Below are positions 13,564-27,305 of a stretch of 64,000 nt of DNA, one piece after another. Numbering within the stretch: position 1 is the first letter of the stretch; the number at the start of each line of letters is the position of its first letter. The position numbers were made by a program, and so were the translations under genes. Origin of the DNA: Eledone cirrhosa (taxonomy: Eukaryota). The stretch is from assembly GCA_964016885.1 (NCBI GenBank), contig OZ024754.1, positions 40,114,001 to 40,178,000 of the forward strand, read 5' to 3'. The notes beneath the pieces are model-generated. The model was not told the origin of the DNA. It did not search any database and saw only the letters and a program-made list of their open reading frames with translations.

Positions 13564-13952
13564 CATCATCATCATCATCATCATCATTTTACGTCCGCTT
13601 TTCCCTGCTTGCAAGGGTGGGACGGGTCTTATTCAGCACAGCATCTCTCCACTCGTCACGGTCCCTCGTCATCTCCACCGTGAGCTTCAATGATCTGAGG
13701 TCTGTTCTCACCGCCCATGTTTTTCGTGGTCTACTTCTACCACGTCTTCCTTCAACTGGCAATTCCTGGCACTTCTTCACCCATCGGTCATCCTCCATGC
13801 GCATCACATGTCCATACCACCTCAGTCTCCTCTCGCGTACACTACATTCTATTCCTCTCAGACACAGTTTCTCTCCCAACACATTTAAGCTGGGTCGTTC
13901 ACGCACATTTACACTGCACATCCAACGAAGCATGCTTGCCTCATTTCTCTCC
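13564..13952 (-). mobile_element. RTE LINE 3' end
   Basis: MLRWMCSV..RRLRWYGHV..RPRKTW..; (GAT)n tail. Confidence 0.85.
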
Positions 13953-14552
13953 TATATATATATATAAAAATGTAAGTCCAAAGAATCATTAGATAAAATA
14001 TATACAGTATTTCCTCTCCCAATCAGTATAAATCAACCACAAAAAAATCATTTAAACGAGGCTCTAAGTTTAAAATGTACTTAGAAGAAATAATAGACAA
14101 ATGATACAGATTATTTTCCGTGATGTACAGCCATATGACACTTATTTAATTATTTCCTCTAGCCTGTAGAAATTGACTAGACAAATAGTTAACTACACGG
14201 AATTAGGTACAAAATAGAAGTTTGAAGAAAAAATGCACATAAATTTTACTAGAATTCTCATAGTCTCTACCACCGGTGGGTTCGTTCCGCTTTTTGAATA
14301 TATGCGGTCTTGGATAAATCCACGAGGCTTGGAACTCATCAGGAGATACCCCAGACTGGACTAAGTTTCTTCTACTATTATCCCCTGCCAGAAATGAATT
14401 CAAAATGGCTAAGAACCATCACATGGCCAGTGGTCAAGGCTGAAAGTTTATTTATAAATTGCTCTGATTAATAATTATTTAATTAATTCTTCATTGAGCC
14501 ACACCATGAATGGTTGCCAAACTCATATATGCATCTGTGATTATGTCTAATT

Positions 14553-14875
14553 CATTTCATTTCATTTCATTTTACGTCCGCTTTTCCCTGCATGCAAGGG
14601 TGGGACGGGAACTGATTCTGGCTGCCCTTCCTAACACCAACCTCATTTACAGTGAGTGCTGGGTGCTTTTTTGCCGTGGCACCTCCACGACCACTTTGCA
14701 GTGGAATGATAGGGACCCCAGTCCCTATCATCTCATTTCTACAGCAGAGTAAACTGGAGCACTGTGAAATAAAGTGTCTTGCTCAAGGAAACAACACATC
14801 ACCCGGTCTGAGAATTGAACTCACAACCTTTCGATTGCAAGGCCAATGCTCTAACCACTAAGCCATGTGCCTCCT
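14553..14875 (-). mobile_element. tRNA-derived CORE-like SINE
   Basis: Reverse-complement copy of the same family. Confidence 0.8.
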
Positions 14876-14890
14876 CAAAATAGCAGTAAA

Positions 14891-14999
14891 TGCTTACGGC
14901 ACTTAGGGTTCCTAAGCGGTCACCCATCTAAGTACTAACTAGGCTCGACGTTGCTTAACTTCGGTGATCGGACGAGAACCGGTGTTTTCAGTGTGATAT
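14891..14999 (-). pseudogene. 5S rRNA pseudogene lacking about 10 nt at the 5' end
   Basis: Reverse complement matches metazoan 5S (CCGGTTCTCGTCCGATCACCGAAGTTAAGCAACGTCGAGCC..GTTAGTACTTAGATGGGTGACCGC); single copy, 5' end replaced by (TA)n. Confidence 0.85.
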
Positions 15000-15336
15000 A
15001 TATATATATACCCTTTGAATTTAATATATATTTATATATATATATATATATATGACAAAGGAAGTGTGGTAAGAAACCAGGTGGACTATAACGCACCAGA
15101 GTACTCAATACTTAGGGTAGTAGAGTGGGTAATAGGAAAAGTGTCAGGACCCCGCCGGCTGATCTTCGGTCGTTCCAACAGCTAGATTCGAACCAGCAGT
15201 ATTAGAACGGTGGGAATCTAGCTGAACTTATCAAGGGGCACAGTCCATATATGGACTTAGTTCGGATCTAGCTGTCGAAATGGCCGGAGCTCAGCTGTTG
15301 GGGTCCTGACTCTTTTCCTATTACCCACTCTACTAC

Positions 15337-16025
<689 letters not shown>

Positions 16026-16770
16026 TAAACAGATAGGGCCTAATACCTTATAACAATAATCACCTTTTTCTCATAAACACACACATATTACATACACTAA
16101 CACACACATACACACACACACATATATTATACTAACACACACACGTGTATATGTACCCATTGTTATTTACACACTCAATTGTAATCTTTTACCACCCACC
16201 CACCCTGTCCCACTTACACACATTCCCCCCTCCATACCTCCTACTCACTCACCCCCCCCCTCCTATTGCTCAATCTACTCCTTTTTCCATAATGTGACCC
16301 CCCCTACCTCCCACTACCTCACCTTCTTCTTCTCCTCCTTCTCCCTTTTCTTCTTCTTTTTCTTCTTCTTCTTCACCTTCTTCACCTTCTTCCCCTTCTT
16401 CACCTTCTTCTTCTTTTTCTTCTTCTTCACCTGTAATCCCACATAATAGCTTCACCCCCCCCCCCCCTCCCCATGCCACCCTAATGAACAAACTTACCTG
16501 AAGCCAGTAAAGTCTACCTTTACAAATGTCAAAGTAGAACAGTGTAGTGCATTGGTGTCTAAAACTCTTCTTTAGTCACGAAGCCCATCCCCCACCCCCA
16601 GCTGTCCCTACCCTGGGGGAGGGGACCTTCATATAATCTACCTTTACACTGCACACCTGACCAGGTGAACATAAATATAAAATAGATTAAAAAAAATCTC
16701 CATTAAAGCAATCTCATTGGTCAGTTGGTTCAGGTGAGACAGGAGAACATACCACAATGGTTTTAGTTCA

Positions 16771-19700
16771 TTACAGCCAGGCTGGACATTACTGTTACAG
16801 CCAGACTGGACATTAATGACAGCCAGACTGGACATTACTGTTATAGCCAGACTGGACATTACTGTTACAGCCAGACTGGACATTACTGTTACAGCCAGAC
16901 TGGACATCAATGACAGCCAGACTGGACATTACTGTTATAGCCAGACTGGACATTACTGTTACAGCCAGACTGGACATTACTGTTACAGCCAGACTGGACA
17001 TTAATGACAGCCAGACTGGACATTACTGTTATAGCCAGACTGGACATTACTGTTACAGCCAGACTGGACATTACTGTTACAGCCAGACTGGACATTACTG
17101 TTACAGCCAGACTGGACATTACTGTTATAGCCAGACTGGACATTACTGTTACAGCCAGACTGGACATTACTGTTATAGCCAGACTGGACATTACTGTTAC
17201 AGCCAGACTGGACATTACTGTTACAGCCAGACTGGACATTACTGTTACAGCCAGACTGGACATTACTGTTACAGCCAGACTGGACATTAATGACAGCCAG
17301 ACTGGACATTACTGTTACAGCCAGACTGGACATTACTGTTACAGCCAGACTGGACATTACTGTTACAGCCAGACTGGACATTACTGTTACAGCCAGACTG
17401 GACATTACTGTTACAGCCAGACTGGACATTACTGTTACAGCCAGACTGGACATTAATGACAGCCAGACTGGACATTACTGTTACAGCCAGACTGGACATT
17501 ACTGTTACAGCCAGACTGGACATTAATGACAGCCAGACTGGACATTACTGTTACAGCCAGACTGGACATTACTGTTACAGCCAGACTGGACATTACTGTT
17601 ACAGCCAGACTGGACATTAATGACAGCCAGACTGGACATTACTGTTACAGCCAGACTGGACATTACTGTTACAGCCAGACTGGACATTAATGACAGCCAG
17701 ACTGGACATTACTGTTACAGCCAGACTGGACATTACTGTTATAGCCAGACTGGACATTACTGTTATAGCCAGACTGGACATTACTGGCAGCCAGACTGGA
17801 CATTACTGTTACAGTCAGACTGGACATTAATGACAGCCAGACTGGACATTACTGTTACAGCCAGACTGGACATTACTGGCAGCCAGACTGGACATTACTG
17901 TTACAGCCAGACTGGACATTACTGTTACAGCCAGACTGGACATTAATGACAGCCAGAGTGGACATTACTGTTACAGCCAGACTGGACATTACTGTTACAG
18001 CCAGACTGGACATTACTGTTACAGCCAGACTGGACATTACTGTTACAGCCAGACTGGACATTACTGTTACAGCCAGACTGGACATTAATGACAGCCAGAC
18101 TGGACATTACTGTTACAGCCAGACTGGACATTACTGTTACAGCCAGACTGGACATTAATGACAGCCAGACTGGACATTACTGTTACAGCCAGACTGGACA
18201 TTACTGTTACAGCCAGACTGGACATTACTGTTACAGCCAGACTGGACATTAATGACAGCCAGACTGGACATTACTGTTACAGCCAGACTGGACATTACTG
18301 TTACAGCCAGACTGGACATTAATGACAGCCAGACTGGACATTACTGTTACAGCCAGACTGGACATTACTGTTATAGCCAGACTGGACATTACTGTTACAG
18401 CCAGACTGGACATTACTGGCAGCCAGACTGGACATTACTGTTACAGCCAGACTGGACATTAATGACAGCCAGACTGGACATTACTGTTACAGCCAGACTG
18501 GACATTACTGGCAGCCAGACTGGACATTACTGTTACAGCCAGACTGGACATTACTGTTACAGCCAGACTGGACATTACTGTTACAGCCAGACTGGACATT
18601 ACTGTTATAGCCAGACTGGACATTAATGACAGCCAGACTGGACATTACTGTTACAGCCAGACTGGACATTAATGTTATAGCCAGACTGGACATTAATGAC
18701 AGCCAGACTGGACATTACTGTTACAGCCAGACTGGACATTAATGACAGCCAGACTGGACATTACTGTTACAGCCAGACTGGACATTAATGACAGCCAGAC
18801 TGGACATTAATGACAGCCAGACTGGACATTACTGTTACAGCCAGACTGGACATTACTGTTATAGCCAGACTGGACATTAATGACAGCCAGACTGGACATT
18901 ACTGTTACAGCCAGACTGGACATTAATGACAGCCAGACTGGACATTACTGTTATAGCCAGACTGGACATTAATGACAGCCAGACTGGACATTACTGTTAC
19001 AGCCAGACTGGACATTAATGACAGCCAGACTGGACATTAATGACAGCCAGACTGGACATTACTGTTACAACCAGACTGGACATTACTGTTATAGCCAGAC
19101 TGGACATTAATGACAGCCAGACTGGACATTACTGTTACAGCCAGACTGGACATTAATGACAGCCAGACTGGACATTACTGTTACAGCCAGACTGGACATT
19201 AATGACAGCCAGACTGGACATTAATGACAGCCAGACTGGACATTACTGTTACAGCCAGACTGGACATTAATGGCAGCCAGACTGGACATTAATGTTACAG
19301 CCAGACTGGACATTAATGACAGCCAGACTGGACATTACTGTTATAGCCAGACTGGACATTAATGACAGCCAGACTGGACATTACTGTTATAGCCAGACTG
19401 GACATTAATGACAGCCAGACTGGACATTACTGTTACAGCCAGACTGGACATTAATGACAGCCAGACTGGACATTACTGTTACAGCCAGACTGGACATTAA
19501 TGGCAGCCAGACTGGACATTAATGGCAGCCAGACTGGACATTACTGTTACAGCCAGACTGGACATTAATGACAGCCAGACTGGACATTACTGTTACAGCC
19601 AGACTGGACATTAATGACAGCCAGACTGGACATTAATGACAGCCAGACTGGACATTACTGTTACAGCCAGACTGGACATTAATGACAGCCAGACTGGACA

Positions 19701-22235
19701 TTAATGACAGCCAGACTGGACATTACTGTTACAGCCAGACTGGACATTAATGACAGCCAGACTGGACATTACTGTTACAGCCAGACTGGACATTACTGTT
19801 ACAGCCAGACTGGACATTAATGGCAGCCAGACTGGACATTAATGTTATAGCCAGACTGGACATTAATGACAGCCAGACTGGACATTACTGTTATAGCCAG
19901 ACTGGACATTAATGACAGCCAGACTGGACATTACTGTTACAGCCAGACTGGACATTAATGGCAGCCAGACTGGACATTAATGTTATAGCCAGACTGGACA
20001 TTAATGACAGCCAGACTGGACATTACTGTTATAGCCAGACTGGACATTAATGACTGCCAGACTGGACATTACTGTTACAGCCAGACTGGACATTAATGAC
20101 AGCCAGACTGGACATTAATGACAGCCAGACTGGACATTACTGTTACACAGCCAGACTGGACATTAATGACAGCCAGACTGGACATTAATGACAGCCAGAC
20201 TGGACATTACTGTTACAGCCAGACTGGACATTAATGGCAGCCAGACTGGACATTACTGTTATAGCCAGACTGGACATTAATGACAGCCAGACTGGACATT
20301 ACTGTTACAGCCAGACTGGACATTAATGACAGCCAGACTGGACATTACTGTTACAGCCAGACTGGACATTACTGTTATAGCCAGACTGGACATTACTGTT
20401 ACAGCCAGACTGGACATTACTGTTACAGCCAGACTGGACATTACTGTTATAGCCAGACTGGACATTACTGTTACAGCCAGACTGGACATTACTGTTACAG
20501 CCAGACTGGACATTACTGTTACAGCCAGACTGGACATTACTGTTACAGCCAGACTGGACATTACTGTTATAGCCAGACTGGACATTAATGACAGCCAGAC
20601 TGGACATTACTGTTACAGCCAGACTGGACATTACTGTTACAGCCAGACTGGACATTACTGTTACAGCCAGACTAGACATTACTGTTACAGCCAGACTGGA
20701 CATTACTGTTACAGCCAGACTGGACATTACTGTTACAGCCAGACTGGACATTACTGTTATAGCCAGACTGGACATTAATGACAGCCAGACTGGACATTAC
20801 TGTTACAGCCAGACTGGACATTAATGACAGCCAGACTGGACATTACTGTTACAGCCAGACTGGACATTAATGACAGCCAGACTGGACATTAATGACAGCC
20901 AGACTGGACATTACTGTTATAGCCAGACTGGACATTACTGTTATAGCCAGACTGGACATTACTGTTACAGCCAGACTGGACATTACTGTTACAGCCAGAG
21001 TGGACATCAATATTATAGCCAGACTGGACATCAATAATACAGTCAGCCAGACTGGACATTAATGACAGCCAGACTGGACATTACTGTTATAGCCAGACTG
21101 GACATTAATGACAGCCAGACTGGACATTACTGTTACAGCCAGACTGGACATTAATGACAGCCAGACTGGACATTACTGTTACAGCCAGACTGGACATTAA
21201 TGACAGCCAGACTGGACATTAATGACAGCCAGACTGGACATTACTGTTACAGCCAGACTGGACATTAATGACAGCCAGACTGGACATTACTGTTACAGCC
21301 AGACTGGACATTAATGACAGCCAGACTGGACATTACTGTTACAGCCAGACTGGACATTACTGTTATAGCCAGACTGGACATTAATGACAGCCAGACTGGA
21401 CATTACTGTTACAGCCAGACTGGACATTACTGTTACAGCCAGACTGGACATTACTGTTATAGCCAGACTGGACATTAATGACAGCCAGACTGGACATTAC
21501 TGTTACAGCCAGACTGGACATTAATGACAGCCAGACTGGACATTACTGTTACAGCCAGACTGGACATTAATGACAGCCAGACTGGACATTACTGTTACAG
21601 CCAGACTGGACATTAATGACAGCCAGACTGGACATTACTGTTATAGCCAGACTGGACATTACTGTTATAGCCAGACTGGACATTACTGTTACAGCTAGAC
21701 TGGACATTACTGTTACAGCCAGAGTGGACATCAATATTATAGCCAGACTGGACATCAATAATACAGTCAGCCAGACTGGACATTAATGACAGCCAGACTG
21801 GACATTACTGTTACAGCCAGACTGGACATTACTGTTATAGCCAGACTGGACATTAATGACAGCCAGACTGGACATTAATGACAGCCAGACTGGACATTAC
21901 TGTTACAGCCAGACTGGACATTACTGTTATAGCCAGACTGGACATTAATGACAGCCAGACTGGACATTAATGACAGCCAGACTGGACATTACTGTTACAG
22001 CCAGACTGGACATTAATGACAGCCAGACTGGACATTAATGACAGCCAGACTGGACATTAATGACAGCCAGACTGGACATTACTGTTACAGCCAGACTGGA
22101 CATTACTGTTACAGCCAGACTGGACATTAATGACAGCCAGACTGGACATTACTGTTACAGCCAGAGTGGACATCAATATTATAGCCAGACTGGACATCAA
22201 TAATACAGTCAGCCAGACTGGACATCAATGTTACA
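16771..22235. repeat. About 5.5-kb minisatellite of interleaved 24-bp and 22-bp units
   Basis: ttacagccagactggacattactg (24) and acagccagactggacattaatg (22). Confidence 0.97.
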
Positions 22236-22502
22236 TACTGTGTCCCAAGTGCAGGCTATGGGTACACAGGAGATGTAGTGGGATCCGAGGCAGGCTAACA
22301 AAGAAGGTAGGTTTCACATGTGGTCAGTACATGGGAGCAATAAGTGGCAAGAGCACTCAGGATACAATCAACTTCAAATGCTTAGAGGGTTCTATAGAAG
22401 TAGTTGATAGCTTCTGTTACCTGGTTGACCAAATCAGCACTGGGAGAGGTTCTGTGGTGAAGGGGACCGTCCCACCCTTGCAAGCAGGGAAAAGCAGACG
22501 TA
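22236..22502 (+). mobile_element. RTE LINE fragment, internally deleted
   Basis: ILCPKCRLWVHRRCSG..FCYL fused directly to the RTE 3' tail. Confidence 0.75.
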
Positions 22503-22509
22503 AAATAAT

Positions 22510-22697
22510 TGTTTCTACTTTAGGCACAAGGCCAGCAATTACCCAGTACATTACTGGTACTTTATTTTATCGACCCCGTAAGGATGAAAGGCAAAGTCAA
22601 CCTCGGCGAGATTTGAACTCGGATCGTAAAGGGACGTAACTATGCTGGAAAGCATGGAGTCCGACCCTCTACCGATACTGCCAATCCACCGCCCTAT
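22510..22697 (-). mobile_element. Second tRNA-derived SINE family (Meta-domain-like), full length with 17-bp TSD
   Basis: TSD agcagacgtaaaataat at 22493-22509 and 22698-22714; B box GAGTTCAAATC; body gcctttcatccttacggggtcgataaaataaagtaccag. Further copies at about 2152, 2481, 25220, 25751, 39885, 40099, 40803, 40866, 46750, 47930, 48808, 49130, 49410-49680, 49735 and 61735. Confidence 0.8.
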
Positions 22698-22807
22698 AGC
22701 AGACGTAAAATAATGATGATTATGATGATATATATATGCATATATATATATATATATATATTTAATCTGTTATTTTAATAAATATACTTATATATATATA
22801 TACATAC

Positions 22808-22861
<54 letters not shown>

Positions 22862-23957
22862 AGCCGTAGAAAACCCGCCAGACAGTCCTATGCGAGCAAG
22901 ACAACCAATCTTGCCTCAAGTGAGAAAACTCCCGTCCAAACCCATGCAAGCGTGGAATATGGACGTTAAACGATGATGATGATGATGATGATATATGTGT
23001 GAGTGTGTGTGTGTGTGTGTATATGATTATACATATATGTACACACACACACACATATATATATATACTCACAAGCACGCACTCATATACATATCTATCT
23101 ATCTAATCTATTTATCTCTCTCTCTCTCTCTCTCTCACTCTCTCTCTTTCTATCTATCTATCTATCTATCTATCTGTCTATCTATCTCTCCACCCTGTTC
23201 TTATGAAATCCTCTTTCTAAATCATTTGACAGACCTAACTCAGTCACTGATTGGATAAAATATATGTATTTATCTCGGCTCAGTACTTATATAATGTTGT
23301 TTTAATCCTGGGTACAGAGTTGTGGGGTGTATTACATCCTAGAGAAGGAATTTTGAAGAGGATATGACAGCATTTTCATATTGTACAGATTTATTTGGTG
23401 TTGTTTTCACTGTTAAAGTTTTAACCAGGGGTGGATAAAGGACAAGTGCCGAGTAAGCTGTGATAATAAATAACTATTATGTATAATTAACCTTTGCACT
23501 TCTACCGCAGAGAGTGGATATGATTTTAAATAACTCCGCCATTCATACATGTAGCTCAACACAAATACCACTCATGCACGTACACATACGCCCACGTTGT
23601 GTGAATGTGCGTGTATGTATGTACGTGTGTGTGTATCATCATCATCGTCATCGTCGTCGTCGTGGTCGTCGTTGTCATCGTTAAATGTCCATCTAACCCA
23701 TTCTAGCATGGGTTAGACGAGTTTGTCCCATTTAGAGGCAAGTTGGGTGGGGTGACCGTGTCTCGCTCATATAGGAAAGTTTCTGACTGGTTTTCTACGG
23801 CTGGATGCCCTTCCTAGCACCAACCACATTTACAGTGTGTGCTGGGGGCTTTTTACCGTGTCTTTTACTCTGGATTTTTGCTGCTTCTCACAGGGTCACC
23901 AGGAGAACTCTAAAATAACAAGACTCACTATTTAGCCTTAATAAAATTAATATAACA

Positions 23958-24236
23958 ACACAACCAGTGCAGTATATGGAAGTAATATATTAGGTTAATG
24001 CTTGAAATAGCAGAAAGAGGGTCTTAACATTTCGGATGTTAGTCCTTCATCAGAAGAAAGAATAAGAAATAAGATAGATCGAAGGAACAGGCGGGGTGGA
24101 ATTGGAAAAAAATGTTTTTAGAGAAAACTAACAGGTTCATTCATGTTACCATCTCTTGGAAAACTGTTGATGCTGGAATGTTGTGTATGATATATTTTTT
24201 TAGAAAAGTGGATGATGGAGTGCATCTACCTGAAAT
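23958..24236 (-). mobile_element. Penelope-pLTR-like repeat, module A, inverted copy
   Basis: Diverged reverse complement of about 26076-26368. Confidence 0.6.
24022..24057 (-). ncRNA. Minimal type-I hammerhead ribozyme (family A, CpG-decayed)
   Basis: TCTT-CTGATGA-A GGAC TAAC ATCC-GAAA-TGTT-AAGA; diverged copy of 26263-26298. Confidence 0.6.
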
Positions 24237-24483
24237 GGAAAAAAAACGTATGAAAAGATTCAGGACCCCGACAGCTGAGCTCCAGCCATTTCGACAGCTA
24301 GATCTGACAAAGCACAACTCTCTTCTGTCACCTGTGTCGTAAACCATGCGGATCTAGCTGTCGAAATGGCCAGAGCTCAGCCGTTGGGGTCCTGAATCTT
24401 TTCATGTTACCCACTCACCTACCCCAAGTATCGAGTACTCTGGTGCGTTATGGTCCACCTGGTATCTTTCCACACCTTCTTTG

Positions 24484-24540
<57 letters not shown>

Positions 24541-24733
24541 TATATAACAAAGAAAGTGTGGTAAGAAACCAGATGGACCATAACGCACCAGAGTACTCAA
24601 TACTTGGGGTAGGTGAGTGGGTAACATGAAAAGATTCAGGACCCCAATGGCTGAGCTTCTTGTTGAAATGGCTGGAACTCAGCCGTCAGGGTCCTGACTC
24701 TTTTCCTATATATATATATATACATATATCTAT

Positions 24734-25078
24734 CTAGGGTGGATAAAATTCCCGAGATCCATGGACGAGTTCTCTCCAGCGGTCTCTGTCCCTCATTATC
24801 GCTGCCATGTCCTGCATCTCCAACAGACCAGTGTCTGTCCTTAGGGCATCAACATACGTTAACCTCGGTCTTCCTCTTCTAGTGTGTCCATGCAGGGGCT
24901 CCCACAGGAGCACTGAGTGCAGTCTCAACTCTGGATGTTGGTGAGCATGTCCAGCTAACCTCAGTCTCCTCTGGGCTACTCTCGAGCTGACTTTTGGAAG
25001 GCTCCCGTACAGTTCTGAGTTCTTTATCCTCAGTATATACTGATTAATATTCGGAGCCATCCACAGCATTCTCATGTT
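24734..25078 (-). mobile_element. RTE-like LINE 3' fragment
   Basis: RRLRLAGHAH..LWEP..RRGRPRLTYVD. Confidence 0.8.
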
Positions 25079-25461
25079 GCACCTATTCACCATATTTTAG
25101 CTTTGTTGGTTCACCACTAGATAGAACTGGTATTTCCGTGATGTAATATTAGGAAAAGCACTCAATGTAATTCAACTCACCCATCTTCGTTTATATTGAA
25201 TCTTGGTGGTGCGAGAGTCCGGTGGATTGGCAGTATCGGTAGAGGGTCGGACGCCATGCTTTGACGCATAGAGTTACGGCCCTTGTCATTCTGAGTTCAA
25301 ATCCCGCCGAGGTTAATTTTGCCTTTCATCCTTAAGGGGTCGATAAAATAAAGTACCAGTAATACACTGGGTAATTGCTGGCCTTGTGCCTAAAGTAGAA
25401 ACAATTATTGAATGAAATGACAGGAGGCTGGACTGGTGAAATTCCTTAAAGATTTATTATA

Positions 25462-25521
25462 AACACTATGCACATTTCAATGACTGGGCTCTGCAGGAAC
25501 CTGGTGACATCATCAGGTGTT
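25462..25521 (-). ncRNA. Minimal type-I hammerhead ribozyme (family B)
   Basis: AACAC-CTGATGA-TGTCACCAGGTTC..GAGCCCAGTCATT-GAAA-TGTGCA-TA-GTGTT; stem I AACAC/GTGTT. Confidence 0.7.
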
Positions 25522-25553
25522 ACGAAATTCATCTAATAAAGGAATATAATAAG

Positions 25554-25747
25554 GGTAGACACAATCCAAGGGACTGAAAAGTAGAGTGAAATGCTTAAGC
25601 ATACGGCCCCCTGACCAGACCGACAAGACGAAATTAAGTAGATTCCTCACTTGAAGGCGTTCATCCGAACTGGCAACTGCTGGCTCTGGCCACCTTCGGG
25701 TCTTAAACATTTCTCTCTACTCTTCAGTCCCTTGGATTGTGTCTACC
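25554..25747. mobile_element. MITE-like element with about 45-bp inverted termini
   Basis: ggtagacacaatccaagggactgaaaagtagag.. / ..ctctactcttcagtcccttggattgtgtctacc. Confidence 0.6.
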
Positions 25748-25952
25748 ATTTTGGCAGTATCGGTAAGGAGTCAGACATGCTTTCCAGCGTAGTTACGTCC
25801 CTTTACGACCTGAGTTCAAATCCTGCCGAGGTTCACTTTGCCTTTCATCCTTACGGGGTCGATAAAATAAAGTACCAGTAATGTACTGGGGTAATTGCTG
25901 GCCTTGTGCCTAAAGTAGAAACAATTATATTCCTTTATTGGATAAATTTTGT

Positions 25953-26012
25953 AACACCTGATGATGTCACCGGGTTTCTACAGAACCCAGTCATGGAAAT
26001 GTACATAATGTT
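25953..26012 (+). ncRNA. Minimal type-I hammerhead ribozyme (family B)
   Basis: AACAC-CTGATGA-stem II-GAAA-TGTACA-TA-ATGTT; palindromic stem III ATGTACAT. Confidence 0.7.
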
Positions 26013-26262
26013 TATAATAATTCTTTAAGGAATTTTACCAGTCCAACCTCCTGTCATTTTACTCAATAAATATATATTTCAGGTTGACGCGCTCCATCAT
26101 CCACTTTTCTAAAAAATAAATCATACACAACAGCTAATAATAAATCAGCACCAACAGTTTTGCAAAAGATGTCAACATGAATGGACCTGTTATTTTTATC
26201 TAAAGACATTTTTTCCAATTCCATCCCGCCCGTCCCTTCAATCTATCTTATTTCTCATTCTT

Positions 26263-26298
26263 TCTTCTGATGAAGGACTAGCGTCCGAAACGTTAAGA
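26263..26298 (+). ncRNA. Minimal type-I hammerhead ribozyme (family A)
   Basis: TCTT-CTGATGA-A GGAC TAGC GTCC-GAAA-CGTT-AAGA; palindromic AACGTT stem III and GUU triplet, as in Penelope pLTR hammerheads. Confidence 0.8.
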
Positions 26299-26635
26299 CC
26301 CTCTTCCTGCTATATCAAGCGTTAACCTAATATATTCCTTCCATATACTGTACTGATTGTGTTGTTATTTCTGTTTACCTTTTACATATATATTCAGTGA
26401 AAAGACTGAAACCATGGCCCCAGTCTAATGAGGGAAACTAGTAAAAGAATAAAAGAAATGTCTTTGTTTATTACTTTCACTTGAAATTTCATAGTTCTGT
26501 GCTGACAGCTCAGATATTGTTGTGGTAGAAATAATTAATAGTGGTTTAAAAGGTCAGAAGCAGATATCTTTCATTTATATACATAATTTGATAGGTAGCA
26601 ATGAGTGTGTGTGTTTGTGATAGAGAGAGAGAGAG

Positions 26636-26687
<52 letters not shown>

Positions 26688-26949
26688 AGAGAAGGAGAGA
26701 AAAAGACAAAATGAAAGAATCAAGATGTGTGTGTGTATATATATATATAATATATATATATAATACATATATATATATATATATATATAGGAACCAGTAA
26801 GACCCCGACGGCTGAGCTCAAGCCGTTTCGAAACGGCTTGAGCTCAGCCGTCGGGGTCTTACTGGTTCCTATTACCCACTCTACTACCCCAAGTATTGAG
26901 TACTTTGGTGCGTTATGGTCCACCTGGTTCCTTACCACATTTCCTTCAT

Positions 26950-26982
<33 letters not shown>

Positions 26983-26986
26983 TATA

Positions 26987-27048
<62 letters not shown>

Positions 27049-27064
27049 CATATATATATATATA

Positions 27065-27102
<38 letters not shown>

Positions 27103-27118
27103 CATATATATATATATA

Positions 27119-27175
<57 letters not shown>

Positions 27176-27185
27176 GTATTTATAT

Positions 27186-27305
27186 ATCTATATATATAAA
27201 ACTGAGGATGTCTGTCTGTGTGTGTGTGAGTATGAATCCCTAAAACTAGAGAAGCACCCAACCGACTGTTTTCAAACTTTACACATGCAATACTTATGTC
27301 TCAGA
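27186..27305 (+). mobile_element. Possible non-autonomous Helitron 5' end
   Basis: TCTATATATATAAAA start followed by (CTGT)n/(GT)n and caaactttacaca, a pattern typical of invertebrate Helitron-derived repeats; similar pieces at about 2322-2428 and 1625-1690. Confidence 0.4.

Larger units (their letters stand above)
25928..26390 (+). mobile_element. Penelope-pLTR/retrozyme-like repeat unit carrying two hammerheads (B then A)
   Basis: Homologous copies: inverted and interrupted at 25408-25548 plus 23958-24236, and internally deleted at about 50520-50830; no ORF. Confidence 0.6.

Noticed and set aside
16498-16558. Isolated minus-strand exon candidate with CAG|GTAAGT donor
   Set aside because: Weak acceptor, no recognisable peptide, no linkable neighbouring exons
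16644-22200. Many ORFs such as TARLDITV and NVQSGCNS repeats
   Set aside because: Minisatellite translations; the 22-bp units shift the frame constantly
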